Of a DNA stretch of 64,000 bases, positions 48,681 to 59,104 are shown one piece after another. Each line of letters opens with the position of its first letter. The first letter of the stretch is position 1. The notes under the pieces were generated by a model that did no database searches, had not been told where the DNA came from, and saw nothing but the letters and a program-made list of their open reading frames with translations. The DNA comes from Archaeoglobus sp. (GTDB lineage Archaea; Halobacteriota; Archaeoglobi; Archaeoglobales; Archaeoglobaceae), in the NCBI GenBank assembly GCA_017656505.1, contig JACDNU010000005.1:14739-78738 (forward strand), in the 5' to 3' direction. Position numbers and translations under genes: made by a program.

Positions 48681-48743
48681 AGAACTGGTTTTGAAGGAGA
48701 TGTATTTATAATTTTTGAGAAGATTCTCAATAATGTTAATTCA

Positions 48744-48935
48744 TTATAGATTTCTTTCGTCTCTGCTCTTATCCATTTTCTCCGCCTCTATCAGCTCTTT
48801 CAACTCCCCCTCATCCACCTCAAGAATGTAGGATCCAACGTATCCGCATTTCTTGCAGTGATACTTTCCTGTGTATCCTCCTGCATCCAATTCTATTTCC
48901 GTTGACTTGCAAACCGGACAGACGAGAATTCTCAT
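48744..48935 (-). CDS. small zinc-ribbon protein
   Basis: 63 aa. CPVCKS...CKKCG. Confidence 0.6.
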   Translation of the reverse strand: MRILVCPVCKSTEIELDAGGYTGKYHCKKCGYVGSYILEVDEGELKELIEAEKMDKSRDERNL

Positions 48936-49198
48936 CTTTGAAGATTGGGCTGAGAAAAGATAAAGTTAGTGGTTCTCAAAGGCTAAGAGGTTTGAATTAA
49001 TGTTTGAAAAAGTGTTTTGAAAGTTTGAATTAAAATAATTAAAAGGATGTGGAGGTGGGATGGGAAGGCGAGAAGGATGCGATCTCAACTATTTTTTCTT
49101 TTTTAAGTATATAAAATCTGCCCTTATGAGATTTTGCCCGTCTCATCATCATACGATTTCCAAAATGATTATAGTCGCTTGTGAAGAACTTTTTGGAG

Positions 49199-49339
49199 AT
49201 GAAAGTTGTCTATGTTTCGGTTCCGCTTTATTCCGACAAACTTCAGGAACTTAAACTCAAATCGGGAAAAAAGAAAACCAAGGAAGCCCTAGCGATCGCA
49301 GTTTTGCATTACCTTTCGTGCAATCAAGAAACCGAATAG
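49199..49339 (+). CDS. 46-aa ribbon-helix-helix-like ORF (below the ORF-track size cutoff)
   Basis: Own translation: MKVVYVSVPLYSDKLQELKLKSGKKKTKEALAIAVLHYLSCNQETE. Strand-helix-helix pattern. ggag lies directly before the ATG. Confidence 0.35.
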   Translation: MKVVYVSVPLYSDKLQELKLKSGKKKTKEALAIAVLHYLSCNQETE

Positions 49340-49403
49340 AGCGGAGTAATTTAATTAGACAGGAGCTAGAATCTGAACCGGAATACTACAATTAAAACGA
49401 AAA

Positions 49404-51392
49404 TTAAAACACTATTATTTTAGTAAAGAAGATGTAACCGAGCAGCACGAAAACGATCACATGCTTCAAACCTGATTCGATTTTACCCTCCCCCATCACG
49501 CCAGCTGTCAGTCCTGAGAAAAATCCTACCATCAGGGTGGTTTGGTAGAAGGTATCCCTTAGCGTAGTAAAATCAACCCCGGCAATAATTCCAGGCGGTA
49601 GATTCTCGATGCTGTGGAAGATCGAGATTATGTTGTTGAGCAGCACATAGGTTGTGTAGAGAAAGACGAAGAACGCAATGTAGATTATAATCGTATACAT
49701 GCTCATCTGCCCCCTAATTCTGTCTTTAGCCTCAATTTCCATCTCAGAGTAGATGGAAGCAGTGTATAAGGCATCCCTTATACTCGGAGTAGATTCGATT
49801 GCCTTCACGACTAAAGATACCACTCTTGACACAACGCCACTCCTCACTCTCGTTTCGAGCTTCCTTAGAGCCTCTGTAACGAGTTCCCCCCATTCAACGT
49901 CCCTCTTAACTTTTGTGATCTCTTTGTTAAGCGTTCCGATCTCCATCGTTGTAACGTACCTCAAAGCCTCGACAACGTTCAAGCCAGCCTCATTCAATCC
50001 GGCAAGCTGTCTCAGAAAGTCGGGGATCTGGTTCTCAACGCTCCTTATCACTCTCTCCCTGTACTCGACGAAGAATATCAACGGCAGGAAGAGGGCTATT
50101 ATCGTCCCGATTAGCACCGATTCCAAATCGATCCTGCCATAGCTGAGGGTAAAGAAAACGAGGGGTGGAATCACTAGGTAGAGGGACACCGCCCTTATGG
50201 TTAAAGAATACACGACTTCTCTAAAGGGAAGGAGAAGGAAACTCTTAAATCTGTTCAGAGCCCGTCTGTACTTTTTAACCTTGAACTCTCCTCCTTCTGC
50301 TCCATTAACTCTAACTCCAAGATCTTCGATAACTCTTTCCTCCCTAACAAACGATGCCTTTGGTTCTTTGGGCATCATGCTGAGAACCATATATATGATC
50401 ATGATCGAGCCAACTGGCAGAAGTGTGAAAAGAGCAATCTTAAAGCCTGTTAGCACGCCGCCCTGCAAAATTTGAAAGACAACGAGAACGGTGAGGAAGA
50501 ATAGAGGAGTGACTATGAACATCGCAAGATAGATCTCGGCGATAAGCTGGAGGGTCTCAAAGAATAGGCTGTGATATTTCTCTCTCTCCTCGAGAAGCTG
50601 TTCGGATTTGAGTTTGAGGTATTCTACAACATCTCCTCCACTTTCAACGACGTTCAAGAAGTTATCGAGGAAGTTGTAGAATCTGTCTGAGGGTGTGGTC
50701 TGCTGCACGTATCTCATTGCAGTCGCCATATCCTCGCCAAAGATCTCCATAAGCTCGACAATTTTCCCGAACTCCTTGCTCATTTCATCGAATATGTGTC
50801 TGTTCTCCGCTATGAACTTGAATGCTGCAGAGAGTTGCACGCCCCCTCTAGCCATTCCGAGCAACATGTTTACAGTATGCGGTAAGGCACTCTCGATCTT
50901 TCCTTTCCTCAAATTCGACATGTAGTAGGGGTAGGAGAGTATCGAATTCCTTATGAAGAAGTAAGCAAAGAGGGAGAATAGGACAATTGATAGAGCAAGA
51001 TAGAATTCCGGATATTGGGAAAAGGGGTAGTAGATTCTTATTGGGATGCCAAAGTAATCGAAAGCTTCTATGGGTAGAATAACTCTGCCGAACAAGTACC
51101 CGAGCATGGCTCCAGGGATTATAGAGAGTAAGGCATAAAACTGGGCGATCGCCATGAATCGTGGAACCGAAACTGGAATTCTGGATTTCTCTATGGCCTT
51201 CTCAATCCCGCTGTACCTTCCGGGATTTCTGTCGTACCTCTTTCTGTAGAATCTAATGAACACTTTGGGAACGAATAGTCTGATTTTTTCCTGAGTTAAT
51301 TGGTTTACTCTCTCTTCCCTTAATTTAAGCCCCCTTTCAACCTCCCTCTTTATCCTCTCTCCCCTTTTCTCTCTCCTGAACCTCATGCTCAA
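49404..51392 (-). CDS. FlaJ/TadC-family polytopic membrane platform protein (type IV filament assembly)
   Basis: 662 aa, two T2SF-like repeats with multiple TM segments. 4-nt overlap with the upstream ATPase gene. Confidence 0.8.
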   Translation of the reverse strand: MSMRFRREKRGERIKREVERGLKLREERVNQLTQEKIRLFVPKVFIRFYRKRYDRNPGRYSGIEKAIEKSRIPVSVPRFMAIAQFYALLSIIPGAMLGYLFGRVILPIEAFDYFGIPIRIYYPFSQYPEFYLALSIVLFSLFAYFFIRNSILSYPYYMSNLRKGKIESALPHTVNMLLGMARGGVQLSAAFKFIAENRHIFDEMSKEFGKIVELMEIFGEDMATAMRYVQQTTPSDRFYNFLDNFLNVVESGGDVVEYLKLKSEQLLEEREKYHSLFFETLQLIAEIYLAMFIVTPLFFLTVLVVFQILQGGVLTGFKIALFTLLPVGSIMIIYMVLSMMPKEPKASFVREERVIEDLGVRVNGAEGGEFKVKKYRRALNRFKSFLLLPFREVVYSLTIRAVSLYLVIPPLVFFTLSYGRIDLESVLIGTIIALFLPLIFFVEYRERVIRSVENQIPDFLRQLAGLNEAGLNVVEALRYVTTMEIGTLNKEITKVKRDVEWGELVTEALRKLETRVRSGVVSRVVSLVVKAIESTPSIRDALYTASIYSEMEIEAKDRIRGQMSMYTIIIYIAFFVFLYTTYVLLNNIISIFHSIENLPPGIIAGVDFTTLRDTFYQTTLMVGFFSGLTAGVMGEGKIESGLKHVIVFVLLGYIFFTKIIVF

Positions 51393-52972
51393 ACCTTGAC
51401 GTATTCAGGAACAAGTTCTTTGAACGCGGCATCGGGATTTCTGTAGTATGCATGAATTCTCTTCGTAACCTCTTTGAAACTCCTGATTCCCTTATCCTTC
51501 ATTGCATCGAGATACAGCTTCCTTCTATTCAGCTCTGCCCTCACCGCCTCAAGATCCCCACCCATCGCCTCTGCAATCTTTTCTATTTTCTTCGAGGCAG
51601 CTACCTGAACGTGGGTGCCCAAAGCAGGGTCCCACCGATAAACCTGATTTACGAGAAGGTTTTTGTCAACGGTGTCGACTCCCAAAACCTCGTTGAACTC
51701 TTTGGTGTACCTCTTTCTTAATCCTCCCTTCACCCACATGAATTGAACCAGGGCTATATCAAGGAACTGAAGCATGCTTCTTGGAATATTCAAAGGCTCA
51801 CTTTCAAGTCTGTAAATCATCTGGTTTATGTCTCCCGCATGAAGGGTTGAGTAAGCGGCATGCCCGGTTGACATAGCTTGGAAGAGCGTCAAAGCCTCTC
51901 TCCCTCTGACCTCTCCAACCACTATGTAGTCAGGCCTCTGCCTTAAAGCGGCTCTTAACAGATCGTACATGTCAATTTCTTCTCCTCCAACACCCTCTCT
52001 AGTAACGCCTGAGATCCAGTTGTTGTGGTAAAGTTTAATCTCTCTTGTGTCTTCGATTGAGATTATCTTCGCCTCGGGAGGAACGAACATCAGAATCGAG
52101 TTGAGCGTGGTTGTTTTACCGCTGGCAGTCTCACCAACGATAAGGGCTGAAAGCTTGTGCTCAATCGCAAGCCATAGGTATGCCATAATCTCTGAGGGAA
52201 TCGTACCAAAGTAAATCAGATCTATCGGCGTTAAAGGCTCGGCCGTGAACTTCCTGATAGTAAAGGATGACCCTCTGGGGGTTATTTCAGTTCCAAAAGT
52301 TGCTTGCAATCTGCTTCCGTCAGGCAGGGTGGCGTCCAGCAAAGGATTCGCGATTGAAAGGTACTTCCCACTTTTCTGTGCAAGTTTTAGGGTCAGCTTA
52401 TCAACAGCCTCCTTTGGAAGCGAGACGTTCGTCTCGAGATTTCCGTACTTCATGTGATAAACGTAGATTGGAATGTCATAGCCATCGCATGAAATATCTT
52501 CGATATAGGTATCGTTGACGAAGGGATCGATCACGCTATAGCCGAAGAACTCCCGGAAGAGATAGTAAAGCATTTTCGTGTAGAGTCTATTAGAAACCTC
52601 TATTGCGTACTCCTCAAGAATGTGATCGAGGTTTGCGAGCAGAACATCAACTTTGGATGGCAAGTCAACGGAAAAATCCCTTAAAATTAGAACTCTTCTG
52701 AGATCGGAAAATATCGAGCTGAGAAGCAGACTCTCATCCTTCGTCAATTCAGGCTCAACTATTCTGTAGCTAAGCCTGAAAGTCTCGCTATCCTCAACTA
52801 TGAGGGTGTGAGCAAAGAGATCGATAACCCAATAATCGTCAACTACCCTCTGATTCTCCTTCAACTGAACTTCGGGGAGGATATCCTTTGCATCCACGAT
52901 AATTTCTTTCTCTTTTAAAACTTCACGAAGGATATCGTAGTGTAGGCCAATTTTCTGATATTCCTCAGTCAT
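51389..52972 (-). CDS. FlaI/PilB/VirB11-family secretion ATPase
   Basis: 527 aa. Walker A GETASGKTT, IISIEDTREI, Walker B/His box PDYIVVGEVRG...STGH. Confidence 0.9.
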   Translation of the reverse strand: MTEEYQKIGLHYDILREVLKEKEIIVDAKDILPEVQLKENQRVVDDYWVIDLFAHTLIVEDSETFRLSYRIVEPELTKDESLLLSSIFSDLRRVLILRDFSVDLPSKVDVLLANLDHILEEYAIEVSNRLYTKMLYYLFREFFGYSVIDPFVNDTYIEDISCDGYDIPIYVYHMKYGNLETNVSLPKEAVDKLTLKLAQKSGKYLSIANPLLDATLPDGSRLQATFGTEITPRGSSFTIRKFTAEPLTPIDLIYFGTIPSEIMAYLWLAIEHKLSALIVGETASGKTTTLNSILMFVPPEAKIISIEDTREIKLYHNNWISGVTREGVGGEEIDMYDLLRAALRQRPDYIVVGEVRGREALTLFQAMSTGHAAYSTLHAGDINQMIYRLESEPLNIPRSMLQFLDIALVQFMWVKGGLRKRYTKEFNEVLGVDTVDKNLLVNQVYRWDPALGTHVQVAASKKIEKIAEAMGGDLEAVRAELNRRKLYLDAMKDKGIRSFKEVTKRIHAYYRNPDAAFKELVPEYVKV

Positions 52973-53095
52973 TCAAACCCATTTTAGGCTAATTGGATAA
53001 ATATTTTACTAATAATAATGGTGAGATTGCTTGATTTAGCTAACGTCTCCACTTGAGCTGGGAAAAAAGATGTAGGAGATTGAATTAAAAATTGA

Positions 53096-54154
53096 TTATG
53101 TGAAGTAGTCCTTTGCGGTCTCCAAAGCAGCGGCAACCAGCCTTGCACCATTGGTGAGATCGTTGAGATCCAAAACCTCGACAGGCGAATGGATGTATCT
53201 GGCTGGCACGCTTATAACTCCAGCAGGAATGCCTGCTTTGGTTAGATGAATCGCTGTAGCATCTGTAGTTCCGCCGTCTGCGACCTCCATCTGGTAGGGA
53301 ATCTTGTACTTCTCAGCCGAGCTTTTAAGCCATCCGATAACCTTTTTTGAGGCAATCAAACCCCTTCCAGATGCGTCAACAACCGTTATCGCTGGCCCAG
53401 AACCAAGCTTAACATCCATGTAAGCACTCTCAGCTCCAGGAAAATCCGCTGCAACACACACATCTGTTGCTATGGCAGCATCCGGCTCAATTGCAAAGGC
53501 AGATGTTCTTGCTCCCTTCAATCCCACCTCTTCTTGAACTGTGCCTACTGCGTAGATCGTTGCATCGCTTTTCGTTTGCTTTATTGCTTCAATCATCATT
53601 GCAACTCCCGCTCTGTTATCGAAAGCTTTTCCCGTAACTCTACTCCCTTTAAGCTCCCTGAACTCCCTATCGAGGGTTATTGGAGTCCCAACATCTATTC
53701 CCATCTCCAGAACCTCTTCCTTTGATGAAGCCCCCACATCTATGAACATATCGCGAAGCTCGATAACCTTCTTCCTCTCCTCATCCTTCATCAGATGAGG
53801 GGGCTTACACCCGAGAACACCGTAAACCTTCCCTTTCTCTCCATGCAACACCGCTCGCTGATTGAGAGCCGTCTGATCGAACCATCCGCCCAGCGTTGAG
53901 AAGCGAATAAATCCTTTGTCGTCGATGTACTTAACAATGAATCCTATCTCATCGATGTGTGATGCGATCATGAGTTCAAGATCGCTCCCGTTTTTTACAC
54001 ACACAACGTTTCCCATCGAATCTATTCTGATCTCGTCAACGAATTCCTCCAGCTCTTCCTTCACTATTTCCCTTATCTCATCTTCAAAACCGCTTACGCC
54101 ATGAGCGTTGCTCAGTTTCCTGAGCAGCTCCTTTGCAGTTTCTAAATCCATCAA
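53096..54154 (-). CDS. M42-family (TET/FrvX-like) aminopeptidase
   Basis: 352 aa. SHIDEIGF, FDNRAG, QEEVGLKGA motifs. Confidence 0.85.
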   Translation of the reverse strand: MMDLETAKELLRKLSNAHGVSGFEDEIREIVKEELEEFVDEIRIDSMGNVVCVKNGSDLELMIASHIDEIGFIVKYIDDKGFIRFSTLGGWFDQTALNQRAVLHGEKGKVYGVLGCKPPHLMKDEERKKVIELRDMFIDVGASSKEEVLEMGIDVGTPITLDREFRELKGSRVTGKAFDNRAGVAMMIEAIKQTKSDATIYAVGTVQEEVGLKGARTSAFAIEPDAAIATDVCVAADFPGAESAYMDVKLGSGPAITVVDASGRGLIASKKVIGWLKSSAEKYKIPYQMEVADGGTTDATAIHLTKAGIPAGVISVPARYIHSPVEVLDLNDLTNGARLVAAALETAKDYFT

Positions 54155-54174
54155 AACACCTCCTTAGTATTGCC

Positions 54175-54753
54175 CTATTCGAGTATCGCATGTCTCTCTT
54201 TCAGATCTTCCTCATCAAGCCCTTTCATGTTGAGGAGTTCGGCAACCAGAGCGTCGAGGAAAATCAGCGATGTCAGCTCGAACATCGTGCCTAAAGGAGC
54301 GAGCTTTGAGATCTTCTCATCTTTTTCTGTTTTGACCTTTCCTTTAAGCGTAACGACCACATCACTAAGCTTTGCAAGGCTGGAGTTTCTGTTGCTTGTA
54401 AGAGCAGCAACCTTGGATCCAACCATTGACTTCGCTTTCATCGCGATGTTTATAACGGAGCTCGTCTCACCCGAGCCAGAAATAGCAATTAGCAGATCCT
54501 CCTTTCGGATTTTTGGAGTTACCGTTTCGCCAACAACATAAACCGAGTAGCCCAGATGCATGAGTCTCATTGCAAACGCCTTAGCAACGAACCCGCTCCT
54601 CCCTGCACCCATGATAAATATCGTCTTGGATGAATTTATCGACGTTATGAGTTCCTCAATTTGAGAAACGTCCAGATCTTCCCTAAGGTTCCTTATATGG
54701 TTCTCTAAGTTCTTTAAAAACTCGATTATCAGTTCTCCCGTCAGAACTATCAC
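54175..54753 (-). CDS. SIS-domain sugar-phosphate isomerase, 6-phospho-3-hexuloisomerase-like
   Basis: 192 aa. GAGRSG, ISGSGETS motifs. Confidence 0.7.
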   Translation of the reverse strand: MIVLTGELIIEFLKNLENHIRNLREDLDVSQIEELITSINSSKTIFIMGAGRSGFVAKAFAMRLMHLGYSVYVVGETVTPKIRKEDLLIAISGSGETSSVINIAMKAKSMVGSKVAALTSNRNSSLAKLSDVVVTLKGKVKTEKDEKISKLAPLGTMFELTSLIFLDALVAELLNMKGLDEEDLKERHAILE

Positions 54754-54902
54754 CCCGGGCTACTCACGGCTTCTTATGGCTTCTCATAGCTTCTCATAGA
54801 CTACTCGAGCCACCTTAATCTTTACTCTTGCTGCAATTTAAGGTTTTTTATTCTTACCTCATCAATAAAAAAAGTCCAATTCCACGCGCAAATTTAGCAA
54901 TC

Positions 54903-55715
54903 TCATTTGAGAAATGCGGAAAGGATTGTGGAGGTTAGCTCCTCCGTCACCTCCTCGCTCGAACCACCGGAAAGGATTATGAGGGTTTTGGTTTTTGGTA
55001 TCTCCTCTCTTATAAGCTCGGCAATTCTTTTGAAGCAATCCGTTGATAGATTCAGATCTGAAAGCTCCCCCTCGTGGGCATCCTGGCCAACATACCAAAT
55101 GAGGACATCAGGAGAAAACTTCTTCATTGTGTTTAATGCCTCTTTTATGCAATCTACATATTCTTCTTCATCTTCGAAACCAAAACAGATTCTTCTACCG
55201 TCGGACGATTTCCCCACCTTTCCGCAGAAGCAGAAGTACATCGAGTTGGTATCATAGGCGATGTATTCGAAAACCCCTTCTCCATGATGACTGTCGGTGT
55301 CGAGGATTGAAATCTTTTTGAAACCTACTTCTCTCAAAACTTTGATCGCCAGATTGACATCATTTATGAAGGAATAACCACTGAACTTCTCTTTTGTTGC
55401 ACCATGTCCGGTTCCAGAGGTGGGAACGAAAACGAAATCATGCTCATTGAGAAGTTTTGCAGCTGTAAAAACAGCCCATGCTGATTTAAAGGTGGAGGAG
55501 GACGCGAAAAATCTTTTAACTCTCTCGATCATGTCCCGAGAATGGATCTCGTAGAGGATCTTTTCATCGAATTTGAAGACCTCAGGTTTTACATAATCGA
55601 GCTTGAAACTCTTAATTGCCCTCTCAAAGCCTATAAGCCTTTTTGAAATCGCAAGATTCGTCTCCTTGATTTCTGGAGAGTAAACGATAGCGAATTTCAG
55701 TTTTATAGATGTCAT
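54903..55715 (-). CDS. short histone deacetylase/acetoin-utilisation (HDAC) family hydrolase
   Basis: DTDSHHGEG metal motif. Start preferred at ATG 55715 (MTSIKLKFAIVYSPE); the track alternative is 55748. Confidence 0.7.
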   Translation of the reverse strand: MTSIKLKFAIVYSPEIKETNLAISKRLIGFERAIKSFKLDYVKPEVFKFDEKILYEIHSRDMIERVKRFFASSSTFKSAWAVFTAAKLLNEHDFVFVPTSGTGHGATKEKFSGYSFINDVNLAIKVLREVGFKKISILDTDSHHGEGVFEYIAYDTNSMYFCFCGKVGKSSDGRRICFGFEDEEEYVDCIKEALNTMKKFSPDVLIWYVGQDAHEGELSDLNLSTDCFKRIAELIREEIPKTKTLIILSGGSSEEVTEELTSTILSAFLK

Positions 55716-55768
55716 CACCCTTCTGTTGTAGAAACTCCTAAATATCATTTTTGTAGAGATGGGATAGC

Positions 55769-57574
55769 ATGAACGATAATCGTAATTCTCGAACCTCAGA
55801 GGAGTTCGTAAACGTCACTTTTCTACCTTCTGGAAAAAGATTGAAGGTGAAAAAGTATTTTACAATCCTTCAGGCAGCTCAGGAAGCTGGTGAGGGTATA
55901 AGGAGCATTTGCGGTGGGAAAGGGAGTTGTGGAAAGTGCAAGGTTGTACTTCAGAAGGGGGAGGTTGAGAAGAATCCCGAGCCGCATGAGAAATTCATTA
56001 AGGAAGGAGAGAATGCGATACTCGCTTGCCAGTCGAAAATTCTGACGGATGTGGAAGTCTTCATCCCGGTTGAGTCCAGATTAGAAAAACAGCAGATTCT
56101 TGCGGAGTTTATCGTTAAGGAGAAGGATTTGAGGCCGATAATTAGGAAAGAATTTTATGAGGATGCTTTTCTTCCTGAAATTATATCACAAAAGGGTTAC
56201 AAGCTTGTTTTCAGTCCTGGGGTTGAAGAAGGAGGCCTTACCCTTGTGCTCAGAAACAACGAGGTTATTTCGGTTGAAGAAGGGGATACGAGGGATGAAG
56301 TCTTTGGTGTTGCTGTTGACGTTGGAACGACAACTGTGGTGGTATCGCTTGTTGACTTGAAGGATGGAAAGGTGGTTGACATCACTTCTGACTACAATGG
56401 CCAGATAATTTATGGCGAGGAAGTACTTTCAAGGGTTGAGTTTGCAAGGAGTAGAAAGGATGGCATGGACATCCTCCAGAAATCGATAATATCCACGCTG
56501 AACAATCTAATAGGGAGGATAATGGGTGGTTTATCCTCTGAAAGAATTTACGATGTTGTGATATCAGGAAACACACTTATGACCCATTTCTTCTTCAAGA
56601 GAGACATAGAGTATCTCTTTCAAACATCCGATCCAAAGCTCGAAAGGAAACCCTTCGTCGCAGAGGCGAGAGAACTCGGATTGAAAGTAAATCCCGAGGC
56701 GAAGGTTTTTGGCTTGCCACCCGTTGGGAAGTACGTTGGTGGGGATATAGTCGGTGATGTTCTCACGTCAGGCATAGCAAGCTCAAGCGAGATCTCGCTT
56801 ATGGTAGATCTCGGAACAAACGGTGAGATTGTTATAGGGAGCGAAGGATGGCTGATCTCAACATCGGTAGCCTCAGGCCCCGCTTTTGAAGGATACGAGA
56901 TCAAGAACGGCAGTAGAGCTGTGGAAGGGGCGATAGATCACGTAAAAATTGTTAATCCGGAGAGGGAGCCTGAGTATACCGTCATAGGAAATGTAAAACC
57001 GGCAAGCATCTGCGGAAGCGGGCTAATAGATTTGCTGGCAGAGCTTTTCAAGCATGGAATAGTGGATTTTACTGGAAGCTTGCAACCAAATCCGAGGGTT
57101 AGGAAGGGAGATGAGGGGAAGGAGTATGTTGTCGTTGAGGCTGAAAAAACCTCTGTTGGCAGGGACATAGTTTTCACCCAGAACGACATCGACACGCTCG
57201 TAAAATCGAAGGCAGCTGTTTGCGCTGGCATGAGCGTTTTGCTGAAAAAAGCAGGGATAGATATTGCCGACATTCAAAGATTCTACATAGCAGGAGCTTT
57301 CGGCTACTACATAAACATCGAAAATTCCTTTACAATTGGATTGTTTCCAGAGTTTCCCAATGCAGAAGTCCTTCAGATAGGAAACGGGGCTTTGGCTGGA
57401 GCCTACATAGCCTTAACCTCCGAAAGCAAGCGAAAGCTCACGGAGAAAATAGCCAGAATCATGACGTACTTCGATCTCAGTACAGATCCGAACTTCATGG
57501 AGGAATACAACGCCGCCCTCTCGATTCCAGGCAATCCAGAACTCTTTCCGACAATTTATTCAAAGTATGTTTGA
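55769..57574 (+). CDS. 2Fe-2S ferredoxin-domain plus ASKHA ATPase (corrinoid reductive activase, RACo-like)
   Basis: 601 aa. [12 protein letters not shown] cluster motif, ASKHA phosphate motif [11 protein letters not shown]. Confidence 0.7.
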   Translation: MNDNRNSRTSEEFVNVTFLPSGKRLKVKKYFTILQAAQEAGEGIRSICGGKGSCGKCKVVLQKGEVEKNPEPHEKFIKEGENAILACQSKILTDVEVFIPVESRLEKQQILAEFIVKEKDLRPIIRKEFYEDAFLPEIISQKGYKLVFSPGVEEGGLTLVLRNNEVISVEEGDTRDEVFGVAVDVGTTTVVVSLVDLKDGKVVDITSDYNGQIIYGEEVLSRVEFARSRKDGMDILQKSIISTLNNLIGRIMGGLSSERIYDVVISGNTLMTHFFFKRDIEYLFQTSDPKLERKPFVAEARELGLKVNPEAKVFGLPPVGKYVGGDIVGDVLTSGIASSSEISLMVDLGTNGEIVIGSEGWLISTSVASGPAFEGYEIKNGSRAVEGAIDHVKIVNPEREPEYTVIGNVKPASICGSGLIDLLAELFKHGIVDFTGSLQPNPRVRKGDEGKEYVVVEAEKTSVGRDIVFTQNDIDTLVKSKAAVCAGMSVLLKKAGIDIADIQRFYIAGAFGYYINIENSFTIGLFPEFPNAEVLQIGNGALAGAYIALTSESKRKLTEKIARIMTYFDLSTDPNFMEEYNAALSIPGNPELFPTIYSKYV

Positions 57575-57582
57575 GAGGTATC

Positions 57583-58215
57583 ATGACTGGGTTAATCCTT
57601 GCTTTGGATGTTTTGGATGAGGAAAAGGCATTGAAGATTATAAGCAAAATTGATAGGTGGATTGATTTTGTTAAGGTGAATTATCCTCTCGTGCTTTCTG
57701 CTGGGGTTGGAGTAATAGGGAAGCTTGCCAAATATAAACCGGTAATAGCGGACTTCAAGATCGCTGACATCCCGTATACAAGCTCCTTGATAGCAAAAAC
57801 AGCATTTGAAAACGGGGCGTTTGCCATAATCTGTCATGGATTCGTGGGAAGTGATACCCTCAAAGCGGTAAAGGATGTCGCACGTGAATACGGGGGAGAG
57901 GTTTATGTGGTGACGGAACTCTCCAGTCCGGGAGGAGAAGAGTTCCTCCAAAAGGTCTCAAATTCAATTGCGGAACTCGCCAAGGAAATTGGTTGCGACG
58001 GATTAGTAGCTCCGGGAACAAGGCCTGAGAGGGTGAAGGAGCTGAGGAGAATAGCGGAGGGTTTGAAAATAATCTGTCCGGGTGTGGGTGCACAGGGTGG
58101 GAGGGTTGAGAGCTTAAAGGGCTTGGCAGATTACGTTATAGTTGGCAGGAGCATTTACATGGCAAAGGATCCTGAAAAAGAGGCAAGAAGGTTTTATGAG
58201 TTGCTTAAGGGGTGA
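57583..58215 (+). CDS. pyrF: orotidine 5'-phosphate decarboxylase
   Basis: ATG 57583 ([10 protein letters not shown]), 9 nt after the upstream stop. ADFKIADIP motif. The track ORF start at 57220 overlaps the upstream gene. Confidence 0.85.
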   Translation: MTGLILALDVLDEEKALKIISKIDRWIDFVKVNYPLVLSAGVGVIGKLAKYKPVIADFKIADIPYTSSLIAKTAFENGAFAIICHGFVGSDTLKAVKDVAREYGGEVYVVTELSSPGGEEFLQKVSNSIAELAKEIGCDGLVAPGTRPERVKELRRIAEGLKIICPGVGAQGGRVESLKGLADYVIVGRSIYMAKDPEKEARRFYELLKG

Positions 58216-58219
58216 TGAA

Positions 58220-59104
58220 ATGCTAGACCTCATACCACAAGGCAGAATTTTTTTTGTGAAGATGCATGGTAACGGAAATGATTTCGTTCTTTTTGATGAA
58301 TTCGAGCAGGAAATCATCCCAGAAAGAATCAAGCCCGAGCTCGTCAGACTTGTTTGTGATAGAAGATTTGGTATTGGTGCTGATGGAGTTCTCTTCGTTC
58401 AACCTTCCGCTGTTGCTAATGCAAGATTCAGGTATTTCAACAGTGATGGAAGTGAAGCTGAGATGTGCGGGAACGGTATAAGGTGCTTTTCCCGCTACAT
58501 CGTTGAGGAAGGATACGCCAATCCTGGGAACATTAGAGTTGAGACTTTGGTTGGCATTCTCGATCTGAGGGTTGAAGCTGGGAAAGAGTACAAGGTAAAG
58601 GTGAACATGGGTACTGTGAAGACATCTCCAAAGGAAATTCCTGCGAAAAAAGAACTCTGGGGAGAGGAAATGGAAGTTAAAGGTAAAAAGTTGAAGGTTT
58701 ACGCGGTTAACAGCGGAGTTCCGCACGTCGTAATATTTTTGGATGAAAATGAGCTTGGAAGTCTCGACATCATTCCGATTTCGAGAGAGATAAGGTACAA
58801 CGATCTCTTTCCAGAGGGAACGAACGTGAATTTCGTCAGCGTTTCAAGGGGCGAGATAAAGATAAGAACGTATGAGAGGGGTGTAGAAGATGAAACGCTG
58901 AGCTGTGGAACGGGAAGTGTCGCCTCGGCATACGTGGCGTTGAAAAAAGGCCTAGTTTCGGAACCCGTGAGGGTTCATACTAGGGGGGGAGACCTCATCA
59001 TTGAGTTCAAAAATGGGAACGCCCTCATGACGGGTGGGGCAGCTAGAGTTTTTGATGGCATGCTTAACCTCTCCGAACTGGGAAATCTCCATGAAAGATT
59101 CTAA
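58220..59104 (+). CDS. dapF: diaminopimelate epimerase
   Basis: ATG 58220. HGNGNDFVL, catalytic Cys motifs CGNGIRC and SCGTGSVAS. Confidence 0.9.
   Translation: MLDLIPQGRIFFVKMHGNGNDFVLFDEFEQEIIPERIKPELVRLVCDRRFGIGADGVLFVQPSAVANARFRYFNSDGSEAEMCGNGIRCFSRYIVEEGYANPGNIRVETLVGILDLRVEAGKEYKVKVNMGTVKTSPKEIPAKKELWGEEMEVKGKKLKVYAVNSGVPHVVIFLDENELGSLDIIPISREIRYNDLFPEGTNVNFVSVSRGEIKIRTYERGVEDETLSCGTGSVASAYVALKKGLVSEPVRVHTRGGDLIIEFKNGNALMTGGAARVFDGMLNLSELGNLHERF

Noticed and set aside
49060-49254. 64-aa plus-strand ORF overlapping the small RHH-like ORF
   Set aside because: It is a different frame with Cys/Phe-rich composition, and it spans a TATA-like box. The 46-aa RHH-like frame is the more protein-like reading.
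57220-57582. Upstream extension of the pyrF ORF (track start at 57220)
   Set aside because: It overlaps the 3' end of the RACo-like gene in another frame. The conserved pyrF N-terminus ([10 protein letters not shown]) begins at ATG 57583, 9 nt after the upstream stop.
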